Positions 52,786 to 63,177 of a stretch of 64,000 nucleotides of DNA are shown one piece after another. The stretch's first letter is position 1; each line of letters opens with the position of its first letter. Made by a program: the position numbers and the translations under genes. Source of the DNA: Promethearchaeota archaeon (GTDB lineage: Archaea > Asgardarchaeota > Lokiarchaeia > Sigyniarchaeales > SOKP01); contig JAEOTA010000012.1 in the NCBI GenBank assembly GCA_016840085.1, positions 32,001 to 96,000 on the forward strand, in the 5' to 3' direction. The notes beneath the pieces are model-generated. The model saw only the letters and a list, made by a program, of their open reading frames with translations. It had not been told where the DNA came from and ran no database searches.

Positions 52786-53580
52786 ATGAAATTTAAATAC
52801 ACAGATTATCACATTCATTCTTCGGATTGGAGTGTAGATGTTCCAAATAAAAATTTAAAATTCAAAGATTATGCAGAAATTGCTGAGTTAAGCAGAATAA
52901 ATATTTGTTTTCTTGAGCATTTTGAGCTTTATTATGTTGAAAACGATAAATTAAATCCTTTTTACGGCGAAAAAGTTCAAGATTACTTAGAGAAAATCGA
53001 TGAAATAAAGGAGACTTATGATTTTGTATTGGGTGGCTTAGAAGTTGAATATTATAAGGATAAAGAGATTGAGTTATTAGAATTTATGGATGATTATGAA
53101 AGAGAGTTAGATTTTATTTCTGGTTCTGTCCATGAATGGATTATTGGTTATCCAGTTACCACAAGAGAAAAGCTTTTAAATTTCTTGGATAAAAAATCAA
53201 TGAGAGATGTCATTAATGAATATTTTGAAACATATGAAATGATGGTCAACTCAAAAATTTTTAAAAATGTATGCCATATCGATACAATCTTTCGTTACAT
53301 CAATGATAATGATTTGAAACCTGAAGAAAATTGTGATATTTCAGAAGATCGCGTGCTAGAACTCGGTAAACTTTGTATAAAAAATAAGATTAAAATAGAA
53401 TATAATTTATCTGGATTAAGATTCCCTATTAAGCGTCCATTTCCTTCAAAAAAGGTGGTATCTCTTTTAAAAAAAAATGGCGCTAAATTTTTTGTAGGAT
53501 CTGATTCACATTCTCTTGCCCAATTTAAGTGTTTTTTCCCTAAGGTAAAAGAAGCATATAATTTTTTAGATTATATTTAA
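52786..53580 (+). CDS. PHP-domain phosphatase (HisK-like)
   Basis: DYHIHS, EH, GSVH, HID, GSDSH. Confidence 0.85.
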   Translation: MKFKYTDYHIHSSDWSVDVPNKNLKFKDYAEIAELSRINICFLEHFELYYVENDKLNPFYGEKVQDYLEKIDEIKETYDFVLGGLEVEYYKDKEIELLEFMDDYERELDFISGSVHEWIIGYPVTTREKLLNFLDKKSMRDVINEYFETYEMMVNSKIFKNVCHIDTIFRYINDNDLKPEENCDISEDRVLELGKLCIKNKIKIEYNLSGLRFPIKRPFPSKKVVSLLKKNGAKFFVGSDSHSLAQFKCFFPKVKEAYNFLDYI

Positions 53581-53594
53581 AATAAGATTGAAGT

Positions 53595-54326
53595 TTGATA
53601 TTAATGGAGTTCAGAGATTTTTCACACAAGATAGACAGATGGGATAAAAGAGTTATTCTAAGATATAATGGGATAGGTGGTAAACCTATACTATATATTT
53701 TGAAATTTGTATCTTTCTTCGGAAGAGAAACTTTATGGCTTTTTCTAATCGCTTTTTATTTATTCATTTGGTATGATCCGTTTTTACTTTCTTATATATC
53801 TTCCACGTTTTTAATTGGGTTATTAATAATATTAGCAATTAAACAAATTGTTAATAGGGCGAGACCCTTTGAAGAGTTTAATCAAGAAGAACTTAAAGTA
53901 CTTGAAAGAAAACCCACTTCAAAGAGCTTTCCTTCATGGCATTCATACAATATAGTATCTCATGGTCTTTTATTTGGATTGTTTTTTCTGAGATCTCCAT
54001 TGATAACAATTTTAATTATATTATTTTCTATTATAGTTTCTTTTTCTAGAATCCAATTAGGCGTTCATTATCCGAGCGACGTGATTGCTGGGTTTTTTAT
54101 TGGAATAATTGGATTTCTGTTGTCAATTTATATCATTTCTCCAATATTTTTAATAGTTATTTCAAATTTGGAGCAATCTATGACGTATGAAATTCAATAC
54201 CATAAGGTAAATTCAATGTTATATGAAAATATTTGGTATCTACTCTTATCTATCCTTATTTTTTGTATAATACTCATTAGTGCCGTATATAAAAAAATGA
54301 AGGAATATATCAAAAACAAGTTTTAG
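53595..54326 (+). CDS. PAP2 family phosphatase
   Basis: K...RARP, SFPSWH, SRIQLGVHYPSDV. Confidence 0.9.
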   Translation: MILMEFRDFSHKIDRWDKRVILRYNGIGGKPILYILKFVSFFGRETLWLFLIAFYLFIWYDPFLLSYISSTFLIGLLIILAIKQIVNRARPFEEFNQEELKVLERKPTSKSFPSWHSYNIVSHGLLFGLFFLRSPLITILIILFSIIVSFSRIQLGVHYPSDVIAGFFIGIIGFLLSIYIISPIFLIVISNLEQSMTYEIQYHKVNSMLYENIWYLLLSILIFCIILISAVYKKMKEYIKNKF

Positions 54327-54331
54327 AATAA

Positions 54332-55573
54332 TTAAAGTTTTAAACTTCTCCTTTTGCTAAATAAATCTTTTAACTCGTTAAGAACTTGTAATCTAGTATT
54401 TTGTTGACCTCTTACAGGACTTTGGGAGGGATTGGAAATTACGAGGGGTTGCCCACTTTGAGCTGCTTGAAATGCTCCTGCCTCTATAGCTTGCAAGCGA
54501 CTATCAAGATCATTGAGTTGCGTAGATATACTCTCTGATAGACGAATTACTGCGTTCATTACTTGTTCAAGTATTTTTCCAAGACCTTCTACCTTCCTTA
54601 CAGTTGGATCGGTTAGTGAATAATGCGTACTCATCATATTTTTAATATATTTAGCAAATTGAGGTTCGCGCGAAATTAAAGAATATATGGATGTAAGATA
54701 GATTTCAACATCGAAATCATAATTCTTACTTTTAAATAGTTCATTTATATTATCTTTTAAAAGTTCGATGTTCAATAGGATTTCTGTGTCGTCTAAAATA
54801 TCTGGATCTACTTTATGGATGAATAGAAGTATATAAGGTTTTTCTTCTAACATAATAATTGAGTCTAAAATCTTATCTAAATACTCTAGAGCCTCATCAA
54901 ATCTATCAGGATCTTGTATATCAATCACGTAAAGAAGTAAATCTAGTTGAATAAAATATTGCTCTGGAGTACTTAAATACCTCTCTCTATACTCTTCTTG
55001 GCCTCCAAGGTCCCAGATGAACAGAGACAAATTAGAACTTCCAAATTTCATCCGAACTACTCCTTTAGTTGGATGGGTTGCAATAGTTTCACTAATTCCT
55101 AAGCGTCCTCCAAATTTTGACAAAGTAGCACTTTTCCCTGCGTTGTCCAATCCTGCGCATAGTATTTTCTGTTTACCAATCTCGATGCCTTCTTTCTCTT
55201 CTTTAACGCTAGCTATAAGTGAGCTTATTGTAATTGTCTTTTTTAATTTGTTTTCAAGATCTGGGTACTTATTTTTGAGTTCTTCGATTTTATCCTTTAA
55301 GCTTTCAGTTAATTCTAATGATTCATCTGATTCTTCGATTTGAGTTAAACTTTCAAAGGGATCCTCTTTATTTAAATTAGACGCGTCCGCTATGGTAGAA
55401 ACTTCTAGTAGTTGTTTTAATATTGTTGATTCTTCTTTGTCTATAAATTTATAATCGTGAATTGGTAATTTCAAAACATCATCTATTGTTTTCAATTTAT
55501 CAATTTTAGTAGATTTAAGGTCTAAAAACTTAGAAACCACTTTAATAAAATTAGAAATTTCTTCTGAGGACAT
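54332..55573 (-). CDS. Arf-like small GTPase with N- and C-terminal extensions
   Basis: GLDNAGKS, PTKG, WDLGGQ, HKVD, TSI. Confidence 0.9.
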   Translation of the reverse strand: MSSEEISNFIKVVSKFLDLKSTKIDKLKTIDDVLKLPIHDYKFIDKEESTILKQLLEVSTIADASNLNKEDPFESLTQIEESDESLELTESLKDKIEELKNKYPDLENKLKKTITISSLIASVKEEKEGIEIGKQKILCAGLDNAGKSATLSKFGGRLGISETIATHPTKGVVRMKFGSSNLSLFIWDLGGQEEYRERYLSTPEQYFIQLDLLLYVIDIQDPDRFDEALEYLDKILDSIIMLEEKPYILLFIHKVDPDILDDTEILLNIELLKDNINELFKSKNYDFDVEIYLTSIYSLISREPQFAKYIKNMMSTHYSLTDPTVRKVEGLGKILEQVMNAVIRLSESISTQLNDLDSRLQAIEAGAFQAAQSGQPLVISNPSQSPVRGQQNTRLQVLNELKDLFSKRRSLKL

Positions 55574-55776
55574 AGTAATTATCGATTTTTCTTTATTATT
55601 AATAGGTATATAATAATTTTTATTATTATTTATTAAACTTTTAAGATCTTAATTAAAAAGATTAAGATTTAAATTTTCACAAGTGAATGTTATATAAACT
55701 TAAATATGCATGATTTTATGTATTTCTTACAAAAAATTAAAAATTCCAAATTCTTTTCTTCACAATCTTTATAATT

Positions 55777-56700
55777 ATGCCAGCACAGTTCGAAAATGAT
55801 GATTTTTTTGATGATAACGGAGAGGAAAGCTCTCCTTGTTGTGATAGTCCAAAGATTAGTGAAGAAGATGGATTTTATGTGTGTTTAAATTGCGGGTTTG
55901 TACATTCTAGAATACTTGATGATAGTCCTCGCAGAGCTTTCACTCAAGAAGAAATACAAAAAAGAAAGAGTAGTGAAAGAGTATATAGTCCTATTGGTCC
56001 TAGAACAATTATAAGAGGATCTAGAGATGCTCGAGGCACTTTATTAAGTCCGAAATATAAATCAAAATTTAATCGTTTAGCCAAAATACATAGATCTTTA
56101 ACTACTAGTTATGAAAGAAATCTATGGATTGCGTTACCAAACTTGCAACGTTTACAAAAGAGATTAAGTATCCCTGATGCTGTAGCAGAAGATGCACTTC
56201 GTATTTATACTCAAACTGTTAAAAAAAAGTTAACTATGGGAAGAAGCATTGATACATTATTATCCGCGTCCATTTTTGCTGCTTTAAGGGTTCATGGAAT
56301 TCCTAGAACTGCTGAAGAAATAACAAAAGTTGCACAAATTCCTAAAAAGAAGGTTATTAAGAGTTATCGGTTAATCTTAATGGAAGTATTACCAAAATTG
56401 GGTATGAAGGTACAACATTTCACAGCTGATCGCTATGTTGATAAGTTTAACGAAGAATTAAGGCTTTCAATGAAATGCCGAAATATAGCGGTTAAATTAA
56501 TTGAAAAAGCGAGAGAAAGTGGATTTAATTCAGCTGGTAAGGACCCAAAAGGTATCGCTGCTGCTGCTATTTATATTGGTTCAAAAATATGTAATGAAAG
56601 TCGAACTCAAAAGGAAATTAGCAAACTTGCTCAAGTTACTGAAGTTACACTTCGTATGAGGGTAAAAGATTTGCAAAAATACGCCAATGTTGTTGAATAA
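55777..56700 (+). CDS. tfb: Transcription initiation factor IIB
   Basis: Zn ribbon (VCLNCG), ERNL..A, GRS, GKDPKGIAAAAIY, TQKEI...VTEVTLR. Confidence 0.95.
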   Translation: MPAQFENDDFFDDNGEESSPCCDSPKISEEDGFYVCLNCGFVHSRILDDSPRRAFTQEEIQKRKSSERVYSPIGPRTIIRGSRDARGTLLSPKYKSKFNRLAKIHRSLTTSYERNLWIALPNLQRLQKRLSIPDAVAEDALRIYTQTVKKKLTMGRSIDTLLSASIFAALRVHGIPRTAEEITKVAQIPKKKVIKSYRLILMEVLPKLGMKVQHFTADRYVDKFNEELRLSMKCRNIAVKLIEKARESGFNSAGKDPKGIAAAAIYIGSKICNESRTQKEISKLAQVTEVTLRMRVKDLQKYANVVE

Positions 56701-56768
56701 TAAAACAATTTGAAAATTATATTATAATCAGAATAAAATAAATGTTAAGATAAAATTTTAGATATAAT

Positions 56769-59700
56769 TTAATCTACAATTTCAATTAATTCTTTTTCTT
56801 CTTCAAATAATGGTAAAATTTCTAACATTCCCCGAATTTTTGATAAATATATTTCTAATTTATAAGAATATACATCGATCAAGAATAAAATTAACATAAT
56901 ATAAAAAGTATCTTTAACCAATTCTTTGTTTACACCCAAAGTATTGAGAAAATTATCAATATTTTGTTTGATTTGTTTAAAAGACTCCCCTGCTTTCAAT
57001 AATGATAACCCATACAAAAGTATAAGGAGAGAACTTGTTTTTAAATCTTTCCTTTTAGATAGTGTCTCGGCTAATCCAAGATACTGTAAACCAGCTTCTT
57101 TGAATTTTTGTGAATTCAAAAGATCTAACATATTTTTGTAATATCTCTTTTTCATTGCTTTTCGCTTTTTAAAGAATTCATCTTTTTCTTGTCTAATATC
57201 CCCCATTTTAGATTGGATTTTTCCAAAAATTTGATCCATTTCGATTTGAAGTGTTGAAAATTCAGCTATTTCTTTTCGGGATAACTGTTCTTTTTCTTTT
57301 TCCTCCTCAAGTACTTCTTCGCCTAAAATAGATTTTAATAATATAATTTCGGGATCGAATAATACTAATTTCTCGATTAAAGTATCTATTACTAAATTTT
57401 TTAAAAATAATTTATCGTTTTTTATTGCAGAAAATAAATGTTTCATAATTTGAATTTCTGGGAGAGATCTAAGATCGGTTTCGCTTTTCTTAAGATAATT
57501 TTCAAATGTCTCTTCAGCTATTTCAACATTCTTTTCATTAATAAGGATTATTGAACCTAGAATTAAAGAAATAGCTGCTTGTTTGAAAAAATTTTTTTCT
57601 TCTAGTTTTGTAATTGTATCAAGATAGGATAGAGAAGCATTAATCAATTTCTTATTGGAAATATCCTCTAATCCAAGTTTCCAATATTGATTCTTCATTA
57701 ATTTTCTTTTAGCAATATCTCCTTTTTCTTTTTGAATTGAATCTGCTATTTTTTTAATTTCACGTTTAATATTTTCAATCTCAGCTATTGTTTCAATGGT
57801 TTTTTCAGGCTTTAATCCACCTTTATAGTCCTTACCTAAAACGTCATAGAGTACTTTTAATTCTTCTTCAAATAACGGGAGATTTTCAAAATATGAGAGA
57901 GCCTCAATAAATTTGGATTCATCCTGATATTCTTTCACATCAATAATATATTCAACTAAAGTGACTGGATATGTTTCAACAAACAATTTTCTTAGACTAG
58001 ATAATTCCTTTTTAGTCTCATTTAAATATACTTTAATATCTTTAAATCTTTTTTCCTTTATGAGTAATAAACTGGCTATTGCTAAACATTCACTTGCTAA
58101 TTTGTATTTTTTAATTTTGTTTAATTGTAAAAGAAGTTTCTTATAAATCTCAATTGCTTTTTCATATTCTTTATTTTTAATAAGAGATAAAGCTTCTTCA
58201 AAATACGCTCTTCTTAATGCTTTTCTTTCCTTCAATTCATTTTCTTTATCTGACCGTGCTTCGCGTCCTAAATTTTTAATAATTGAAAGTTTCTCTTTTA
58301 ATAGTTCTCCTTTACGAGATTCTTTTACTTTCTTTAATCTAATAGCACTTTTTTCTGCTTCAAGGTTAGCAATTTTATTATGAATTTCAGTTTTATATTC
58401 CTTTTTTTCTATCTTATCATTATAAGAATGAGCAGAAGCCAAATCATCTATTTCAATATATATTTCAGCAATTTTTTTATAAATTCTATTAAAAGTAACT
58501 ATTATTTTCTCTTCTTTTTCTAAATATGAGCTTGAGATTTCTAGTACTTTTTTCACTAAATCTGTAGCTTTATTAATACCTGAAATATTTTCTTCGTTCT
58601 CTAATATGTTTAATGCTTCTTGTTTGATAACTTTAATAAAAATTTGATTAATCTCTCTTGATTCATCATACAACATTAAGTTCCTGAAAATCTTATTTGA
58701 ATTTTTATATATTTTTTCGTTTCTTTCATATTTTTCTGATTCTTTAATCTCCTTTAAACTTTCTAAATAGATTGGAAAAATTCTAATTAAGTAGTTTTTT
58801 TTCATAGATATTGATAATTCCTCAAAATAAGTAAAAAATTCTTCAAAATTCTTACCTTCTAGCAATAGATCCAAAGATCTTGTCAAAATCTGATCCCTTA
58901 TCTCATCTTTCCCTATCTTTTCAAGGTAATCTGCTTGATGTTTTAAGTGTTTTGCGGCTTCGATATAGCCTTTTTGTTTTATAAGTTCACTAGTTTCTTG
59001 GATTTTTTTAGTATTCATTTCAGCAATAATATCTCTTTCAGAATTAGCATAATCTCTTAGAATACTAATACCTTTATTTATAATTTCCTCAGTTTCTTTC
59101 TTGAGTTGTTTTTTATATTGATCTTCGAACTTAGCACTTAATTTCGTTAAATCTTGTTTTAGTTTCAATGAATTCAGTTTATTTATGAAAATTGTAGCCA
59201 TACCAAAATTGTTTTCCTCTAAAAAAGTATTAATTAGGGTCTTTAAAGTAGAGTCTAAATTTTTTTTTTCTACTTTATATGATTCCCACATGTTTTCAAG
59301 TTCATTATAAGTATTTTTTGCGGCATAGGTTTCTTTTTGGTTCACTTGATTTTTAAAAAATTCAATCAAAATTTTTGTTAAGCTAAATGTTAATTTTTTT
59401 AATTCCTCAAAAAGATCTTCTTGCTGATATCTATTTATAGCTCGATATAATTGTTCTTTCGCTAATTGGTAATTATTGGTACTGAATAAATAATCTGCCT
59501 CAGCTACGATTTTATCTACAATCTCCCCTAGAATCATGATAATTCCTTTATGTGGCAAGCTTTCGAGAATTCTAAATGTATCTTCAACTTTACATGCAGA
59601 AATCCACGAGTTAACTGATAATCTAAATGCTTCATGAATAAGAGATCTATCAAGTGATTCAATACTAGACCATTGCGCTGCTTGTTCATATAATCTAGCC

Positions 59701-60503
59701 GCTTCTTCGTATTTAGTGTTATTAAATAGTCGGTTTCCATCAGTAATCATAGCTTCGGCATATAGCTTCTTGTAATTATATGATTTCCTCTTATCCACAT
59801 TTTCTAAGATCTTACTAGCTTCTAAATACAGGTTAATTTTAGAATAAAGGAATGCTGTTTGTTCAGTAATGATATAGAATTCTTCCTTTTTATAGATTTC
59901 AGCAATTAAAGCTGCTTTCCTTATAGCTAGAGCGGCATAATAATAGTTTTTATTTTCAAAATAAATATTTGCCATTTGTATAAAAATAGGGAATCTCATC
60001 CACGCATTTTCTAAATTTAAAGGTGTATCACCATTAATTATTGCTAAACCTAGAGCTTGAATTGCTTGATGAAATTCATTAGGAGAAAGATTTACAAAAG
60101 CCTCTAAACTAGGATAATTAACCCAAAAATTTTCCAATAATTCATTCACAGAGAAAGGCAGGATACCATTCTGATCATAGAAAATGACAATTGTGGGGAT
60201 GTCACGTTTAACTGAAAAAATATCTGGAAGAATCATTTCAAAAAACTCGGATTCCTCTTTTATTGATGGATTTAGAAAATAGATAATTCCATCTACTTGT
60301 TCAATTATCTCATCTAAATCGGCAGAAAAACTTGTAACTACATCTATTTCCAAATCACAGACATTATCTACGATTTTTACCTGGCGTAACCATGAAAAAT
60401 AAGATTCTTTATCCTCTCCAGATTCTTCAAAAGCTCTTGAAACATAAAAATGAATAGTTTCAGGATCACCAAGAATTAAAATGTGAAAGTAAAATAATGA
60501 CAT
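56769..60503 (-). CDS. Large alpha-solenoid (TPR/SNAP-like) protein with N-terminal degenerate GTPase-like domain
   Basis: 1244 aa of helical repeats (YEEAARLYEQAA, FKEAGLQY); N-terminal HILILGD...DGIIYFLNP...IPTIVIF. Confidence 0.65.
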   Translation of the reverse strand: MSLFYFHILILGDPETIHFYVSRAFEESGEDKESYFSWLRQVKIVDNVCDLEIDVVTSFSADLDEIIEQVDGIIYFLNPSIKEESEFFEMILPDIFSVKRDIPTIVIFYDQNGILPFSVNELLENFWVNYPSLEAFVNLSPNEFHQAIQALGLAIINGDTPLNLENAWMRFPIFIQMANIYFENKNYYYAALAIRKAALIAEIYKKEEFYIITEQTAFLYSKINLYLEASKILENVDKRKSYNYKKLYAEAMITDGNRLFNNTKYEEAARLYEQAAQWSSIESLDRSLIHEAFRLSVNSWISACKVEDTFRILESLPHKGIIMILGEIVDKIVAEADYLFSTNNYQLAKEQLYRAINRYQQEDLFEELKKLTFSLTKILIEFFKNQVNQKETYAAKNTYNELENMWESYKVEKKNLDSTLKTLINTFLEENNFGMATIFINKLNSLKLKQDLTKLSAKFEDQYKKQLKKETEEIINKGISILRDYANSERDIIAEMNTKKIQETSELIKQKGYIEAAKHLKHQADYLEKIGKDEIRDQILTRSLDLLLEGKNFEEFFTYFEELSISMKKNYLIRIFPIYLESLKEIKESEKYERNEKIYKNSNKIFRNLMLYDESREINQIFIKVIKQEALNILENEENISGINKATDLVKKVLEISSSYLEKEEKIIVTFNRIYKKIAEIYIEIDDLASAHSYNDKIEKKEYKTEIHNKIANLEAEKSAIRLKKVKESRKGELLKEKLSIIKNLGREARSDKENELKERKALRRAYFEEALSLIKNKEYEKAIEIYKKLLLQLNKIKKYKLASECLAIASLLLIKEKRFKDIKVYLNETKKELSSLRKLFVETYPVTLVEYIIDVKEYQDESKFIEALSYFENLPLFEEELKVLYDVLGKDYKGGLKPEKTIETIAEIENIKREIKKIADSIQKEKGDIAKRKLMKNQYWKLGLEDISNKKLINASLSYLDTITKLEEKNFFKQAAISLILGSIILINEKNVEIAEETFENYLKKSETDLRSLPEIQIMKHLFSAIKNDKLFLKNLVIDTLIEKLVLFDPEIILLKSILGEEVLEEEKEKEQLSRKEIAEFSTLQIEMDQIFGKIQSKMGDIRQEKDEFFKKRKAMKKRYYKNMLDLLNSQKFKEAGLQYLGLAETLSKRKDLKTSSLLILLYGLSLLKAGESFKQIKQNIDNFLNTLGVNKELVKDTFYIMLILFLIDVYSYKLEIYLSKIRGMLEILPLFEEEKELIEIVD

Positions 60504-60542
60504 TTTTAATTATTTATTTCAACTTCTATTAATTTTATTTTG

Positions 60543-60576
60543 TCAAACTTATGAAATTATCAAACTTATGAAATTA
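60543..60576. repeat. Perfect 17-bp tandem direct repeat in a divergent promoter region
   Basis: TCAAACTTATGAAATTA x2. Confidence 0.9.
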
Positions 60577-60649
60577 TTTTAAAAGTAAAAAATTCTTTTA
60601 AGTATAATTAATTGAGATTGAGAATTTATATTTTTGTTTTGATTGACCA

Positions 60650-61300
60650 TTGAATAACATTGAACGGAATTATCGCATTATACAAAAGCGAATGATTGAA
60701 CAAATGGAAAATTCCATTACATTAGGAAGAAAGATAATTGATACTGAATTAGATACAGGGTTCTTAAACTTCATTATTAAACCAGTTATTAAAACTTTTT
60801 ACGATTGGTGGGCTCAAAATGAAGCTCGAGTAGGGACCTTAGAACAAATTAAAGTTACATTAGATTCTGGAAAAGTACTCTTACTTAATGGTGAATCAGA
60901 TCAAATTGTTGATGACAATTTTCAAAAATATCTTGCTGGAGATCAGACTTCACGACAATGTTCTCATTCCCACAAGAATTATGAAAGGTTAAAACAAGTA
61001 GTAAAAGAAACGTTTATAAATTATTTAAAGCAAGTAGTCAAACTTCTAGAAGTAAATGATGATCTAGATGATTATGGTGACTTATGTAGAGCAGCATTTA
61101 AAACAAAAGAATTAGCTGAAGAAAACTTAATGAAGCAACTAAGTTTTACAGAAAAAGCGATTAAAATAATCGAAAAAGATCCTTCTATACTTAAAATTCC
61201 CATAGGAAAGAAAATCTTAATCAAAGCATTGAGAAAAGGGTTTGAACAAACTAAAATTGAATTTAAAAATGCGCTTGAAGATACATATAATCAAAAATAA
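60650..61300 (+). CDS. Hypothetical protein, paralogue of 61404-62063
   Basis: Shared motifs ERNY, IDtELDTG, KP.IK.FY..W, DQT.RQC...H.NY, L.RA.FKTKE, LRKGFE. Confidence 0.8.
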   Translation: MNNIERNYRIIQKRMIEQMENSITLGRKIIDTELDTGFLNFIIKPVIKTFYDWWAQNEARVGTLEQIKVTLDSGKVLLLNGESDQIVDDNFQKYLAGDQTSRQCSHSHKNYERLKQVVKETFINYLKQVVKLLEVNDDLDDYGDLCRAAFKTKELAEENLMKQLSFTEKAIKIIEKDPSILKIPIGKKILIKALRKGFEQTKIEFKNALEDTYNQK

Positions 61301-61403
61301 TTAATCTAATAAAAAATTTCAATATGTAAACTTACTCACTGAAATTAGATAAAGTGAATATATCAAAAATATCTTAGGGAGAATTAAATAAGGAGATTTA
61401 ATC

Positions 61404-62063
61404 ATGGAATTTTTAGAGAGAAACTATAAAATCTTGGAAAAAAAAATGAAAGACCAAATGGAATTATCCCTTGATTATGGAAAATCTTTGATAGATTCTG
61501 AATTAGATACAGGGGTTTTAAATGTTTTAGTGAAACCTATCATAAAATCTTTTTATAAATACTGGGCTGATAAAGATGCTCGTACAGGAACTATAAAACA
61601 AATTCGAGTAACCTTGGATTCCGCTAAAGAATTTTTAATAAATGGAGATGGTTCAAAAGAACAATTTGATAGGATCATCAATAGACATTTCTCCATATAC
61701 CTAAAAAATGATCAAACAGATAGACAATGTAAAAAAGATCATCATAACTACAATAAATTAAGGGAAGTAACTAAAAAATGCTTTATCACGCAGGTAGAAG
61801 AAAGTGTCTTATTTTTGAATGTTAATAATAATATTAAAGATTATAGTGAATTATCAAGAGCAACATTTAAAACAAAGGAAAAAGCTTTTCAAGCTTTGAA
61901 ACGTCAGTTAGATTATAATGAGGAGGGAATATCAATTGTAGAGCGAGATGATTCAATATTAAAGGTTCCTGCTGGAAAAAAAATTATCTTAAAAGTGCTT
62001 AGGAAGGGTTTTGAGTTAACTAAACAGAAATTGCTTGAAGAACTCGACGAAATTTTTGCTTAG
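61404..62063 (+). CDS. Hypothetical protein, paralogue of 60650-61300
   Basis: Same motifs as the upstream paralogue; GGAG RBS. Confidence 0.8.
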   Translation: MEFLERNYKILEKKMKDQMELSLDYGKSLIDSELDTGVLNVLVKPIIKSFYKYWADKDARTGTIKQIRVTLDSAKEFLINGDGSKEQFDRIINRHFSIYLKNDQTDRQCKKDHHNYNKLREVTKKCFITQVEESVLFLNVNNNIKDYSELSRATFKTKEKAFQALKRQLDYNEEGISIVERDDSILKVPAGKKIILKVLRKGFELTKQKLLEELDEIFA

Positions 62064-62112
62064 TAATTATTAGTAGAATTTTAAATACACATAAAGAGAG
62101 TCTGGAATTACT

Positions 62113-63177
62113 TTGAAAGATTCTATTCAAAATAATGAGCCAAAAAATTATTTAAGAGCCATTTTTTTGAACTTATTTATTAGTGCTTTTATAATAATCA
62201 CTTATGTTTATGTTTCTGAAGCATTTGGCTCAATTTCTACAATTTTTATAAAAAATCAGGACTTTTCTATTCATTTTAGTATCACTTTATTATTATTCAC
62301 TTTTTTCTCGGTTTTAGCAGGATCTTTCCATGGTTTATTCGATGGTTTTATAAGTGAACTTCTTTTTCAATTAGCAGTTTATCATTCAATATACTATGAA
62401 TGGTGTATACTTGTGGCTATTCTTGGATTACTTGTTGGAATATATAAGTATAAACCTTTAAAATATCATGAAGCGATGAAAGTATATTATTCATTTTTAG
62501 CATTAATTATCATATCTTTTGCCCTTATGGGAATTATCATTTTATTTCAAAATGTTTTTTATCCTGGACAGTTTTCTCTTGAAACATTAATAATTAACTA
62601 CGGATTTAGATTCTTAGTTCAGGCACTTTTGTCAATAGTTTTTTTAGTCCCAATATTGTTATTTTTATATGATAGAATTTTCGCTACAGAGGAAAAACAT
62701 TTATATTATATGCTTTTAACCCATCATCCAATTTCGGCATTTGATCACACTTTTTTTCTTACATTTGGTAGAACTAAGGTTTATCTCTGTTCAAGATGTT
62801 CTGGTGTAATTACTGGGGGTGTTATAGCATTATTTTTAACTCATTTACTGGAAAAAATTTACAATACCGAATTTAGCGGAGAAATTGCTTTATTGCTATG
62901 TGTTATTTTTCCTATTCCGGGGTTGATTGATTGGGGCACTCAAAGACTCTTATTAAGAAAAAGCACAACGGAATCCAGATTATTAACAGGATTTATTATT
63001 GGAAATGCGTTGCATTTTATGTCATTTACCTATAAATACTATTTATTCACATTTTTACTACTTTTCACATATTTTACTGTGTTTGGTTTATTAGTATATT
63101 TTGGACATAAAAAAGAAATGAAATTATTAAGATCAGAACTGAATGGATTATCTTCTAAAGAAGAAAATGGTAGATAA
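62113..63177 (+). CDS. Membrane protein: ECF S-component-like N-terminus plus DUF2085-like C-terminus
   Basis: Multi-TM; THH...HT...LCSRCSG...IDWGTQ...RLLTG. Confidence 0.65.
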   Translation: MKDSIQNNEPKNYLRAIFLNLFISAFIIITYVYVSEAFGSISTIFIKNQDFSIHFSITLLLFTFFSVLAGSFHGLFDGFISELLFQLAVYHSIYYEWCILVAILGLLVGIYKYKPLKYHEAMKVYYSFLALIIISFALMGIIILFQNVFYPGQFSLETLIINYGFRFLVQALLSIVFLVPILLFLYDRIFATEEKHLYYMLLTHHPISAFDHTFFLTFGRTKVYLCSRCSGVITGGVIALFLTHLLEKIYNTEFSGEIALLLCVIFPIPGLIDWGTQRLLLRKSTTESRLLTGFIIGNALHFMSFTYKYYLFTFLLLFTYFTVFGLLVYFGHKKEMKLLRSELNGLSSKEENGR

